Shown one piece after another: positions 1 through 9,189 of a stretch of 64,000 nt of DNA. A program made the translations under genes and the position numbers. Position 1 is the first letter of the stretch, and each line of letters opens with the position of its first letter. This stretch comes from a virus. The stretch spans positions 1 to 64,000 of IMG/VR virus record IMGVR_UViG_3300043448_001007; one strand, 5' to 3'. The notes under the pieces are model-generated. The model saw only the letters and a list, made by a program, of their open reading frames with translations. It was not told the origin of the DNA and searched no databases.

Positions 1-728
1 ATATAAACATTTCCATAGACACTTTTTAGAAAAGAAATTCTAACATTTTTAGCATCTTTAATATTATTAACATATGGATTTTCAGTAACTTTCATTAAAT
101 CTAATTTAGAGTCTGTTTCCTTTACTCGAATACTAACAAATTGTGATTTTTCTTGAGATAATGTAATATCATCTCTATCTTGAATCATATTTTGTTTTAC
201 TAAATTTTCTTGATTTCTTCTAATAGACGCAAAATCAGCTTTAGCTATTATACCACCTCTCATACCCTTATCATTCATATTATAACCAGCTGGTGGAAGT
301 CTATAAAATGAACCAGTAAAAGTCATTGATAAAATCCTATCCGCTCTAAATAAACGCCATATTTTATTAATATGTCTATTATTTGATACTGACCACCCAT
401 TTAAATGCCATCCTCTTAGAAGTATTTTGCCTTGAGAAGATCTACCCAAGACCATAGGATAAATAACCCTCTCGTGCCCAGCAAAGTGTTTATCTTTTTC
501 ACCTTTATAATTGATCAAAAACATCATACCATATTTAATGGCTTTGATTAAAATTTCCTCTGAATATTTAATCGGCTCATTGATAGGAATTTTTTCAAAA
601 TCCTTAATATTCTTTAAGGAAAATCTAGGTACATATTCTCTATCTTCTCTTAAATCATTAAATCCCTCCCTAATAACATATGTTACTGGATTCGAATTAT
701 AAAATCTTTTATAGTCTTTAATATTCAT
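1..728 (-). CDS. WYL-domain protein, running off the left edge (not in ORF track)
   Basis: Translated by hand: MNIKDYKRF...LIKAIKYGMMFLINYKG...ERVIYPMVLG...LLRGWH...WRLFRADRILSM, matching the WYL pattern (I.Y, R.V.P, R.FR.DRI); open to position 1. Confidence 0.75.
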   Translation of the reverse strand, partial: MNIKDYKRFYNSNPVTYVIREGFNDLREDREYVPRFSLKNIKDFEKIPINEPIKYSEEILIKAIKYGMMFLINYKGEKDKHFAGHERVIYPMVLGRSSQGKILLRGWHLNGWSVSNNRHINKIWRLFRADRILSMTFTGSFYRLPPAGYNMNDKGMRGGIIAKADFASIRRNQENLVKQNMIQDRDDITLSQEKSQFVSIRVKETDSKLDLMKVTENPYVNNIKDAKNVRISFLKSVYGNVY

Positions 729-786
729 TTATATATTTATTAAATTTAAAATGTGAGATTTATACCACAAGACTATATATAAAAAA

Positions 787-811
787 AATAACCTCCAAAA
801 AGGAGGTTATT
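787..811. terminator. Intrinsic terminator hairpin
   Basis: aataacctcc-aaaaa-ggaggttatt, with a U-tract on the minus strand downstream of the small lipoprotein. Confidence 0.7.
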
Positions 812-835
812 AGAATTGAAATTAACAGAAATTAT

Positions 836-1006
836 CTATTTTTTAATTGTATCAGCTACAATGGTAGAATCTACTAATTTAGTTGTATCTAATGGAATTA
901 CAACTGAATCTTTTTTAGTACTGTCCGCACAACATTTCTCCTCAACTTTAGGAGATGAACAAGCAGCGATAAAACCTACTGCTAAAATAAAAGTAACCTT
1001 TTTCAT
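836..1006 (-). CDS. Small lipoprotein, 56 aa (not in ORF track)
   Basis: MKKVTFILAVGFIAAC-SSPKVEEKCCADSTKKDSVVIPLDTTKLVDSTIVADTIKK; basic N-terminus, hydrophobic stretch, lipobox IAAC, DST-rich tail. Confidence 0.75.
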   Translation of the reverse strand: MKKVTFILAVGFIAACSSPKVEEKCCADSTKKDSVVIPLDTTKLVDSTIVADTIKK

Positions 1007-1126
1007 CTTTTTTATATTTTAATTTTTTTTTATTTGATTTTGGATCATCCAAAACCTTTTTTATATATCATAACCAATAAATAAGTTTTAATTATTTTTG
1101 AGATTTTTTCTTTAATATATAGATTT

Positions 1127-1825
1127 ATGATAAATAATACAAATGACTTAAATAAATATTATACTTTAGTCAATCAATATATTGATGAATATTTAGATAA
1201 AGGAATTAAAGCTTCTAAATTAAATAAATATTTAAATAAAAGTAGATTGCAAAATTTCTTAGAAAGAAAGGGTTTAATGGATATTCAAAAAATAGACCAA
1301 GTGGTTAAAGATGTTTTAAATGATCGAGTTTCAATTGAAAAAGACACTATTATGAAATTTGAGTCTTTTAAATTATTTGAATCTAATGGTATTCAATTTG
1401 ATTCTGTTAAAGAATGTCTTTATAAAAATGTTGGTGGATCAACAATTTCTCATGAGAAAATATTAGCTGATTTTTATGATGTATCTTTAAGTCAAATTGA
1501 TATAGTTCGTAAAACAGAAGAACATTGTTTTAGAGTTGATAAAATTGGTGGTGAAGTTAATTGTATTATTTACACCAAAGATGATTTAGAAATTATCTCG
1601 GAAAACTTTAAAGAATTAATAATCAATAAATTACCAGAAAAAAATATTGAACTAGAATATAAATTAAATATTCCAGTTAAAGAGTTTATTGATTATGATA
1701 AACTAAAAAAATATCTAGATCTCTATTTAAATGGAGATCAGACTAAAATCATTATATCACAAGTATTGCAATGTGAAATGGAACATACTAAGTCTGAGTT
1801 CCCACATTTTATTGGATTAATATAA
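1127..1825 (+). CDS. Hypothetical protein with an internal CTS-like motif (IMKFESFKLFES)
   Basis: 232-aa ORF; TAATATATA lies 5 nt upstream. Confidence 0.7.
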   Translation: MINNTNDLNKYYTLVNQYIDEYLDKGIKASKLNKYLNKSRLQNFLERKGLMDIQKIDQVVKDVLNDRVSIEKDTIMKFESFKLFESNGIQFDSVKECLYKNVGGSTISHEKILADFYDVSLSQIDIVRKTEEHCFRVDKIGGEVNCIIYTKDDLEIISENFKELIINKLPEKNIELEYKLNIPVKEFIDYDKLKKYLDLYLNGDQTKIIISQVLQCEMEHTKSEFPHFIGLI

Positions 1826-1871
1826 ATTCATGCAACATCATGATATACTATAAAACTTATTTACTTATTTT

Positions 1872-2645
1872 ATGAAAAACCTTAAATCATTTGAAAAATT
1901 TAATGAGTCTGAGAAATGGATTCAAGATGCTATTAAGAAACCTGGATCTCTTAGAAAATCCCTAAAAAAGAAAAAGGATGAAAAAATTACAACCTCTGAA
2001 ATTAATGATGAGATATCAAAATTAAAGGAAAAGGATAAGGATCCTTCTAAAAAAGGAGTTCAAGGTTTATCTAAAAGAGATCTAGATAAATTTAAAAAAT
2101 TGAATTTAGCTAAAACTTTAAAATCAATGAATGAGTCTATTGATTTAGATGAGGATTATATATTGGATAAATTAGATGAATTAGACGAATATACTATTCT
2201 TGAATTAATTGATAACTTATCTGATAAATATCCTCATATTGATTTGGAACACTGGGAGGAAATTAAAGATGATTATAATTCCTATTCAGATGATGATGAA
2301 GATACCGATTGGGATGATTCTTATGCTGCAGATGCTGCGGATCTTTATTGGAAAACATTAAGCTCTGTACCATTTTATTTTATCAATGAACCAGGAGCTA
2401 AAGAAATAATAATTAGTTATTTATCTTCTAACCAAACGAATGAATCCACAAATACTGACAATTATATGTTTTTTCAGAATTTAAATACGATGAAGAAACA
2501 AATCGAGGAAATGTTATTATTACCAGAAGATGAAGTTGATAATATTTTAAGAAATGGACATGCTTGGGCAGTTGATCATATTTGTACATCAAAAGATGAT
2601 ATTGGTGAAGTTTATGAATTCTTATCCAATCAAGTAAAAAAATAA
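1872..2645 (+). CDS. Putative internal head protein, modular
   Basis: N-terminal MKNLKSFEKFNES; basic KWIQDAIKKPGSLRK module, acidic module and NYMFF..GHAWAVDH module, each preceded by xNES. Confidence 0.55.
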   Translation: MKNLKSFEKFNESEKWIQDAIKKPGSLRKSLKKKKDEKITTSEINDEISKLKEKDKDPSKKGVQGLSKRDLDKFKKLNLAKTLKSMNESIDLDEDYILDKLDELDEYTILELIDNLSDKYPHIDLEHWEEIKDDYNSYSDDDEDTDWDDSYAADAADLYWKTLSSVPFYFINEPGAKEIIISYLSSNQTNESTNTDNYMFFQNLNTMKKQIEEMLLLPEDEVDNILRNGHAWAVDHICTSKDDIGEVYEFLSNQVKK

Positions 2646-2675
2646 ATAAAAACCTCCGATTGGAGGTTTTTATTT
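2644..2675. terminator. Bidirectional terminator between convergent genes
   Basis: aaataaaaacctcc-gatt-ggaggtttttattt. Confidence 0.8.
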
Positions 2676-2913
2676 AAAAAATTAAAAATACAATTTTCCA
2701 ACTTATTTCAGTACTATTAATCCATTCAAATTTCCATTTATTTTTATCTTCTTTATTTTTATTTTTATCCTTTATATTATTCCTTAACACTTCTGCCATT
2801 TTTTTTCTAATTATTATTAATTCCTCAACTCTTGAGAAATTTTTCTTGTTTAGGCTTTGACATAATTCATGGTATGTCCACCAAAAACGAAAGTTAGTCC
2901 ATAGAATTTTCAT
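2674..2913 (-). CDS. Hypothetical protein
   Basis: 79-aa ORF ending at the terminator. Confidence 0.55.
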   Translation of the reverse strand: MKILWTNFRFWWTYHELCQSLNKKNFSRVEELIIIRKKMAEVLRNNIKDKNKNKEDKNKWKFEWINSTEISWKIVFLIF

Positions 2914-3046
2914 TAGTAACCGATTTAATTAAATTAATTTTTTTGGCGAGGATTTTATCAACTCCTTCCTTATCATTTCTTTTTAAATAGTGGTATAATA
3001 ACCTAGTATATAACCAACATTTTATATTTAATACTACATTTTTCAT
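2894..3046 (-). CDS. Small hypothetical protein, 50 aa (not in ORF track)
   Basis: MKNVVLNIKCWLYTRLLYHYLKRNDKEGVDKILAKK...; overlaps and resembles the downstream ORF. Confidence 0.5.
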   Translation of the reverse strand: MKNVVLNIKCWLYTRLLYHYLKRNDKEGVDKILAKKINLIKSVTNENSMD

Positions 3047-3114
3047 TAATAATTTTATTTTTTAAAAAAAGTATATATAAAAAATAATATATAAAAAAAC
3101 TACATTTTATTTAA

Positions 3115-3378
3115 ATGGATAGAATAGATGATTTCGGTAAATTTAATCAAAAAAATTCGCTTTTAGCTAAGGATTATGTAGAAAATAATTTCCTTAGATT
3201 AATCCAACATTTTGAGATAGAAGATTTAACAGAAGATCAACAAAAAGAAGAGTTAATAAAATACTTCACTAGATTTCCGGATCAGATAAAAAGGTTTAAT
3301 ATCCAAACAGTTGGAGGAAACAGAACTCAATATGCACCTAGATTAAATAATATTGGTGGATATGTAAAGTATAGATAA
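3115..3378 (+). CDS. Hypothetical protein with CTS-like N-terminus
   Basis: MDRIDDFGKFNQK; TAATATATA at 3085-3093. Confidence 0.6.
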   Translation: MDRIDDFGKFNQKNSLLAKDYVENNFLRLIQHFEIEDLTEDQQKEELIKYFTRFPDQIKRFNIQTVGGNRTQYAPRLNNIGGYVKYR

Positions 3379-3394
3379 AAATAAATAAAAAGAA

Positions 3395-6300
3395 ATGATT
3401 TTTCAAGGCAAAATTTTAACAATCGAATCAACCGATGTTCCGTTAGGCCATTTAGGTATATTTGCTGGTCAGGATAACTACTTTTATGTTAAAGATGATA
3501 TGGGTAATATATATCCATTATTATCCGGACTTACAGGTCCTCAAGGTCCAATAGGTTTTCAAGGACCACAAGGATTAAATAATATTCTAATAGCTGAGAA
3601 TGGTTTAACAATGTCAACCAATATTGTTAAACTAGGAGGTGAATTAATCCAAAATACTACCATTGATGGTAATTTTGACTTGACATTTAATAATAATACA
3701 ACTTTAGTAGAATCAAATACTTTTAAAGTTTCAAATACAACTAAAGGTTTTAACTTTAATCAAATTGGATTTGATAGTAGTATTTTAGACATAATATATG
3801 AAACGGATAATAAAATATTAGTAGTTGGAGGTTTTACAACATATAATGGATTAACTTGTTCACAAGGTATTTTAAAACTAAATAGTGATGGTAACATTGA
3901 TACCACATTTAACAGTGGTGTTGGGGTTGATGGTGGTATTAGAAAAATTAAAAAACAAATAGATGGAAAGTATATAGTAGGTGGATATTTTACAACATAT
4001 AATGGAGTTCCTTGTAATAGAGGTATCATTAGATTAAATACAGATGGTACAATAGATAATACATTTAGTGGTGGTGGAGTACCACTTGATCCCTCTCAAT
4101 ATATTAGTGATATAGTTATTTTACCAGATATGAAAATTTTAGTTGGTGGTGAATTTACCATTTTTAATTCTACATCAGTTGGATATTTTGCTAGATTAAA
4201 CTCAAACGGATCAATTGATAATACATTTAATAATGGAACAGCTTTTGATTCCGCTGTAACAAAGATATATTTAACATCCAATAATAAAATATTTGTAGGT
4301 GGTAGATTTACATCATATAATGGTTCCGATGTTCCGGATCTATTAGCTAAATTAAAATATAATGGAGAAATCGATAATAGTTTTAATCCAGGTGGATTAG
4401 GTTTTAATACACCATTAGTTGGTAGTACTATATTATCAATATTGGAAACACCAGATGGTAAATTATTGGTGGGTGGTAATCATTTTACACAACATAATGG
4501 TTCAGCTTGTCCAAATAGATTTGTTAGATTAACTCAAGATGGTATTTTAGATACAACTTTTAATTTTGGTGGAGCCGGATTTAATAATCAGGTATGGGAT
4601 ATTAAAGTATTAAGTGATGGTAAAATATTGGTTAGTGGATACTTTACTCAATATAATGGACTTCCTTGTAATACCAACATAGTTAGACTAAATTCTAATG
4701 GATTAGTTGATTCTACTTTTAATAGTGGGGGTATTGGTATTAGTAGTATTGGTTCTGGATCTAGAGTTTTCGTAAATCAAGAAGATGGTAAAATATTAAT
4801 TGGAGGAGTTGGGATTAATTCATATAATAATATTAATATACCACAGAATTTATTTAGATTAAATAGTGATGGAACTTTAGAAGATATTATAAATGTTGAA
4901 GTTTTTATTGATGAAAATAATGGGGTTCTAAGATATGAAGATAACTATAAGGGATATTTTACACAGAGAAGTTTAGTAGATCGAGAATATGTTGATACTA
5001 AATCATATGGATATAATTCAAATAACTTTAAGGGTGGACATCACCAATACAACACATATAATGATGTTTTATATATCTCGAATGAACTCCGTAAATCCGG
5101 AATGGAAGCTACAACAGAAACAAGTATACGATATGATCAAAAATATATTTACTCAAATTTAAATAAATATGAAATTATTACACATAATAATAAAATATTT
5201 TTATTAATGGAGAATGTATTAGCTACACCAAATACACTCCAAGTTTTGGATAGCAATACTTTACAAGTATTAAATACAACCCCTTTTGGTGCACCTAATG
5301 ATTTCATATCACCATTTAGATATGCTGGGAAATACAAAGATAAAATATATTTTGGATTAAATGATTCAAAAGTAGCTTATATTGATACAAATACATATAC
5401 GGTTAGTTCATTTATATCAATTGGATCAAATACAACATCTTATAAAATACATAATGGTAAACTATTTTGTATGTGTCAAGGATCTAATGAGGTACATATA
5501 ATAGATTTAGATACTTGGGCAGTTGTACAGATAATAACTGGAGTTGTAAGTGCTAGAGGATGTGATATTGCTGAAAAGGAAAATAAATTGTATATTTATT
5601 CAGCTACTTCAGGAATTATCAAAGTATATAATTTATATGACTATTCTTTTCTAGTAAATATATCATTTCTACCAACATTTACATCACCGATCCAAGTAAG
5701 AGGTGAGACACAATTAGGATATTTTGATGGTAAAATATATTTCTTAGGGAGAAGTTCTAATGATGTTAGAGTTATTGATTGTACAACAGATACTATTATT
5801 TCAACTATTTCAGTTGGAACACAACCTATTGTTGGATATATTGTTAGTAATAAATTATTTGTTTTAAACTATACATCAAATTCTCTATCTATTGTAGATA
5901 TGAATACAAATTCAGTTATAAATACGATAAACTTTAGCGGATATGGATTGGCTTTACCACAAGCCGGTAATGATAATATGATATATTTTTCAAATCGATT
6001 AATAATATCTTTCCAAGGAAATAGTGTAAATGATGGTGGTTTAGCTGTTATTAACACTATAACCAATTCTTTGATTTTCACACAGAAGGGATATATGTTT
6101 AGACCTATTCAAGTAGATTATAATTATAATATTTTTGCTGCTGGTGGTGGATCCTATTTAGTTAAATTTAATTTTATAAACTCCGATACTTATGTTTTAC
6201 AACCGGATTTAATTACTTGGAGTAAAGAAACACCAATTATTAGATATGGTGATACTTTATTAAACACAATAGGTTATGAGAATAATGATTTAGTTAAAAA

Positions 6301-6661
6301 GCAATTAACTAAAAAAACAATTCCATCATTAGGAGTATTAGAAGATTATATAGAAGAAGTTATGATATATAAAAATTCTAATTATAGGGAAATAAAAACA
6401 ATTACCTCTAATTATACTGTTAAAGATGGTGATTATATGATTAACGCAGATGCAACAGGTGGTAATATAGTTATTACAATACCAACTGCTGTTGGTAGAA
6501 GAATGAAAGAATTTGTTTTCTTAAAAGTAGATAGTAGTGTTAATACAGTAACTATTTCATCACCCGTTAATATAAACGGTGCTTTAACTAAAGTTATTAC
6601 TACTCAATATGATGGTGTTACAATAAAATCAAATGGAATTCAGTATTATATAAAAAAATAA
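3395..6661 (+). CDS. Fibre/adhesin-like protein: short collagen motif, 7 delta-60 beta-propeller repeats, YncE/YVTN-like propeller, C-terminal fibre domain
   Basis: GLTGPQGPIGFQGPQG; seven RLNxDGxxDxxF...KILVGG repeats; V.VID.T..II.TI.VG blades. Confidence 0.75.
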   Translation: MIFQGKILTIESTDVPLGHLGIFAGQDNYFYVKDDMGNIYPLLSGLTGPQGPIGFQGPQGLNNILIAENGLTMSTNIVKLGGELIQNTTIDGNFDLTFNNNTTLVESNTFKVSNTTKGFNFNQIGFDSSILDIIYETDNKILVVGGFTTYNGLTCSQGILKLNSDGNIDTTFNSGVGVDGGIRKIKKQIDGKYIVGGYFTTYNGVPCNRGIIRLNTDGTIDNTFSGGGVPLDPSQYISDIVILPDMKILVGGEFTIFNSTSVGYFARLNSNGSIDNTFNNGTAFDSAVTKIYLTSNNKIFVGGRFTSYNGSDVPDLLAKLKYNGEIDNSFNPGGLGFNTPLVGSTILSILETPDGKLLVGGNHFTQHNGSACPNRFVRLTQDGILDTTFNFGGAGFNNQVWDIKVLSDGKILVSGYFTQYNGLPCNTNIVRLNSNGLVDSTFNSGGIGISSIGSGSRVFVNQEDGKILIGGVGINSYNNINIPQNLFRLNSDGTLEDIINVEVFIDENNGVLRYEDNYKGYFTQRSLVDREYVDTKSYGYNSNNFKGGHHQYNTYNDVLYISNELRKSGMEATTETSIRYDQKYIYSNLNKYEIITHNNKIFLLMENVLATPNTLQVLDSNTLQVLNTTPFGAPNDFISPFRYAGKYKDKIYFGLNDSKVAYIDTNTYTVSSFISIGSNTTSYKIHNGKLFCMCQGSNEVHIIDLDTWAVVQIITGVVSARGCDIAEKENKLYIYSATSGIIKVYNLYDYSFLVNISFLPTFTSPIQVRGETQLGYFDGKIYFLGRSSNDVRVIDCTTDTIISTISVGTQPIVGYIVSNKLFVLNYTSNSLSIVDMNTNSVINTINFSGYGLALPQAGNDNMIYFSNRLIISFQGNSVNDGGLAVINTITNSLIFTQKGYMFRPIQVDYNYNIFAAGGGSYLVKFNFINSDTYVLQPDLITWSKETPIIRYGDTLLNTIGYENNDLVKKQLTKKTIPSLGVLEDYIEEVMIYKNSNYREIKTITSNYTVKDGDYMINADATGGNIVITIPTAVGRRMKEFVFLKVDSSVNTVTISSPVNINGALTKVITTQYDGVTIKSNGIQYYIKK

Positions 6662-7720
6662 TTATCTTTTTAATTTAATAGAATTAGATAAGATCTGATG
6701 GACCCTATCTACTTGATCATATCTAATTCTAATTAAGTTAATAAAATTTTCTTCACAATAATCTTCTTTAATTTTATCATTTATTTTCAACTTTTCATAA
6801 GCTTCCAATCCACCAAAATGATCAATTGGTTGAAAATGTTGTAATCCATCAAACTCAATACACATACGTAAACTTGGAATATAGAAATCAAATGGGAGTT
6901 CAAAAACATTTCTACAATCTGGAAACTTCTTCTGTCTTTCAAAGTTAATATCCCTTTCTTTTAAAAAATGTGATATCTTCCTTTCACCTTGAGATTCACC
7001 ACAACTTGGACAACCATTTCCATTCAAATGTGAAAGTGGTCTTTGTAGAAAATCACCATGTTTTGGGCAAGTTATAATAACTTTTTCTTGATTCTTAACA
7101 TAAATAGTCTTGTCATATGAATATTTATTATAATGAACTATATTAGATTCTGTAATAAATTGTTCAGTTGTTTTTCTAACAGCAAGTTTTATGTTTTCCG
7201 GAGATCTATAAAGATGTAATTCAGGAGTTTGTTCAAATATCTCCCCAGTTTTATTATAGATTATCTTAACTTTTGTTTTACAATTTTTATAATCAACTAA
7301 TGAATAATCATATTTATCAACTCCCCATTTTTTATGAGATTTATAAATAAAATATTCTCTATTCATATTTAATTCAGGTGCAGATCTTAAATGACATGAA
7401 GCAATTTGTTCAAATATTATACCATCATATATAATTTTAATATGTTTCAAAGCCCCTTTATAATCTGTTAAACTATAATCATATTTATTATCTCCCCAAA
7501 TTTTCTTAGATTCTTTTATAAATTCTTCTGTTGTTTTAGTAGGTGTATTTTTTTCTGGACATCTACCTAATAAGTGTTTAGATACTCTTTGTTTATAATT
7601 TTCTCCATTATAGATAATGTCAATAACATCATTATATATAATTTTATCCTTTAAATTTGGATACTCATACTTATAACCATGTTTATCCCTAGCTTTTTCT
7701 AAAAATTCTATTCTTGTCAT
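6662..7720 (-). mobile_element. Free-standing homing-endonuclease-like gene (KYDYS repeats, Zn motif, PD-(D/E)xK nuclease)
   Basis: Repeats FI..S....GDKYDYSL.DYK; CPKHG...GCPSC; LPFDFYIP..IEFDGLQH..ND..K..LIRI. Confidence 0.75.
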
Positions 7721-7740
7721 ATTCTATATATTATTTTTAC

Positions 7741-7795
7741 ATACCCCCTTTGTGATTTTATTTGGGTATTTTTAAAAAATAGTTAAAGGGGGTAT
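7741..7795. promoter_or_regulatory. 11-bp inverted repeat forming mirror-image divergent promoters
   Basis: atacccccttt (7741-7751) and aaagggggtat (7785-7795); each arm reads GGGGGTATG-N9-TATATA toward its gene. Confidence 0.6.
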
Positions 7796-7832
7796 GATTT
7801 TTTTATATATAAAGAAAATTAAAAATAATATT

Positions 7833-9062
7833 ATGGCAAAAACACAAGCAAAAGAAGTAAAGAAATTTGAATTTAGTAAAGTGGGTTCAATCCTAGATAA
7901 TATAGCAAAAAGTGTTCCCGTTCTAATTGAAAAGGAAATTAAAGAAAAAACATTTATCCCAACCGGAGTCTATTTATTAGATGCTGCTTTAAGTGGTAGA
8001 TTATTAGGTGGTGGTATTTCTACTAATAGAATCACTGCTTTTGCTGGTGAGTCTGGTGCTGGTAAATCATTTTTATGTTATAGCGTATCTAAACAAGCTC
8101 AAAAAATGGGATATTCTGTAATTTATATTGATACAGAACAAGCAATTGATTTGGAAGATTTTCCTAAATTCGGAATTGATAACTCTTTAGAAAAACTTAG
8201 ATTAATTAGATCTAACAAAGTTGAAGATGTTAATATTCTTCTAACCCAATTAGTTGATGAATTAAAAGAACAAAAATTAGCTGGATTTGAACTACCTAAA
8301 TTAATGATTGTTTTAGATTCATTAGGTCAAATGGCTTCTAATAAAGAAAAAGAAGACTTAAAAAAGGGTGATATTAAACAAGATATGACTAAAGCAAAGG
8401 CACTAGGATCTATGTTTAGAAGTATTAATACAGACTTAGGATATTTAGATATTCCACTATTAGTAGCTAACCATACCTATTTAACTTTAGATTTATTTCC
8501 ACAGGAGAAACTCAAAGGCGGCAATGGTCTTCTATATTCAGCTTCGGTAATTGGTTTTATGAGTAAGTCTAAACTTAAAACGGGTGAAGAAGATGATATG
8601 GACTTAGGACAGTCTGGAATTACTGTCTTGTTTAAGACTAATAAAAACCGTTTGGCCAAACCAAAGAAAATTAGATTTGATATTTCTTTTGTTAGTGGTA
8701 TGAATCCATATACTGGTTTAGACGCTTTCTGTCGTCCAGAATTTTATAATCAAATAGGAATTGCTCAAGGAAAAGAAGAAGTTGATAAATCAACTGGTGA
8801 GTTAAAATTTGTTCCGGGTGGAAATAGATGGTTTGTTAGACACTTAAATAAATCAGTAACAACAAAACAACTATTTACTTCTGAGGTATTTACACAAGAA
8901 GTATTGGAAAAAATGGCACCAATTGTAAATGATTATTTCAAATTTAAATCATTGGAGGAAATGGAAGAAACTGAAAAGAAATTCAACGAGATTGTTGGTT
9001 CAGATGATGATGACAATATAACAGATGTTGATTCAATGGATGCAAGTGATTTCTTTAATTAA
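7833..9062 (+). CDS. uvsX: RecA-like recombinase (T4 UvsX homolog); start probably MAKTQ at 7833
   Basis: IPTG..LLDAALSG..GG; Walker A AGESGAGKS; YIDTE; IVLDSLG; NHTY; GG.GLLYSAS. Confidence 0.9.
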   Translation: MAKTQAKEVKKFEFSKVGSILDNIAKSVPVLIEKEIKEKTFIPTGVYLLDAALSGRLLGGGISTNRITAFAGESGAGKSFLCYSVSKQAQKMGYSVIYIDTEQAIDLEDFPKFGIDNSLEKLRLIRSNKVEDVNILLTQLVDELKEQKLAGFELPKLMIVLDSLGQMASNKEKEDLKKGDIKQDMTKAKALGSMFRSINTDLGYLDIPLLVANHTYLTLDLFPQEKLKGGNGLLYSASVIGFMSKSKLKTGEEDDMDLGQSGITVLFKTNKNRLAKPKKIRFDISFVSGMNPYTGLDAFCRPEFYNQIGIAQGKEEVDKSTGELKFVPGGNRWFVRHLNKSVTTKQLFTSEVFTQEVLEKMAPIVNDYFKFKSLEEMEETEKKFNEIVGSDDDDNITDVDSMDASDFFN

Positions 9063-9189
9063 AAATAAAAGAAAGTATAAACAGATAGAAATATAACCTC
9101 TCAATTTAGATCCGGATTAATTTCCGGATTTTTATTTTATATGGGTTTTATGATTTAATATATACAGATAGAAAATATTTATAATCAAT

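Noticed and set aside
511-1022. Listed plus-strand ORFs 511-702 and 816-1022
   Set aside because: Shadows of the minus-strand WYL and lipoprotein genes
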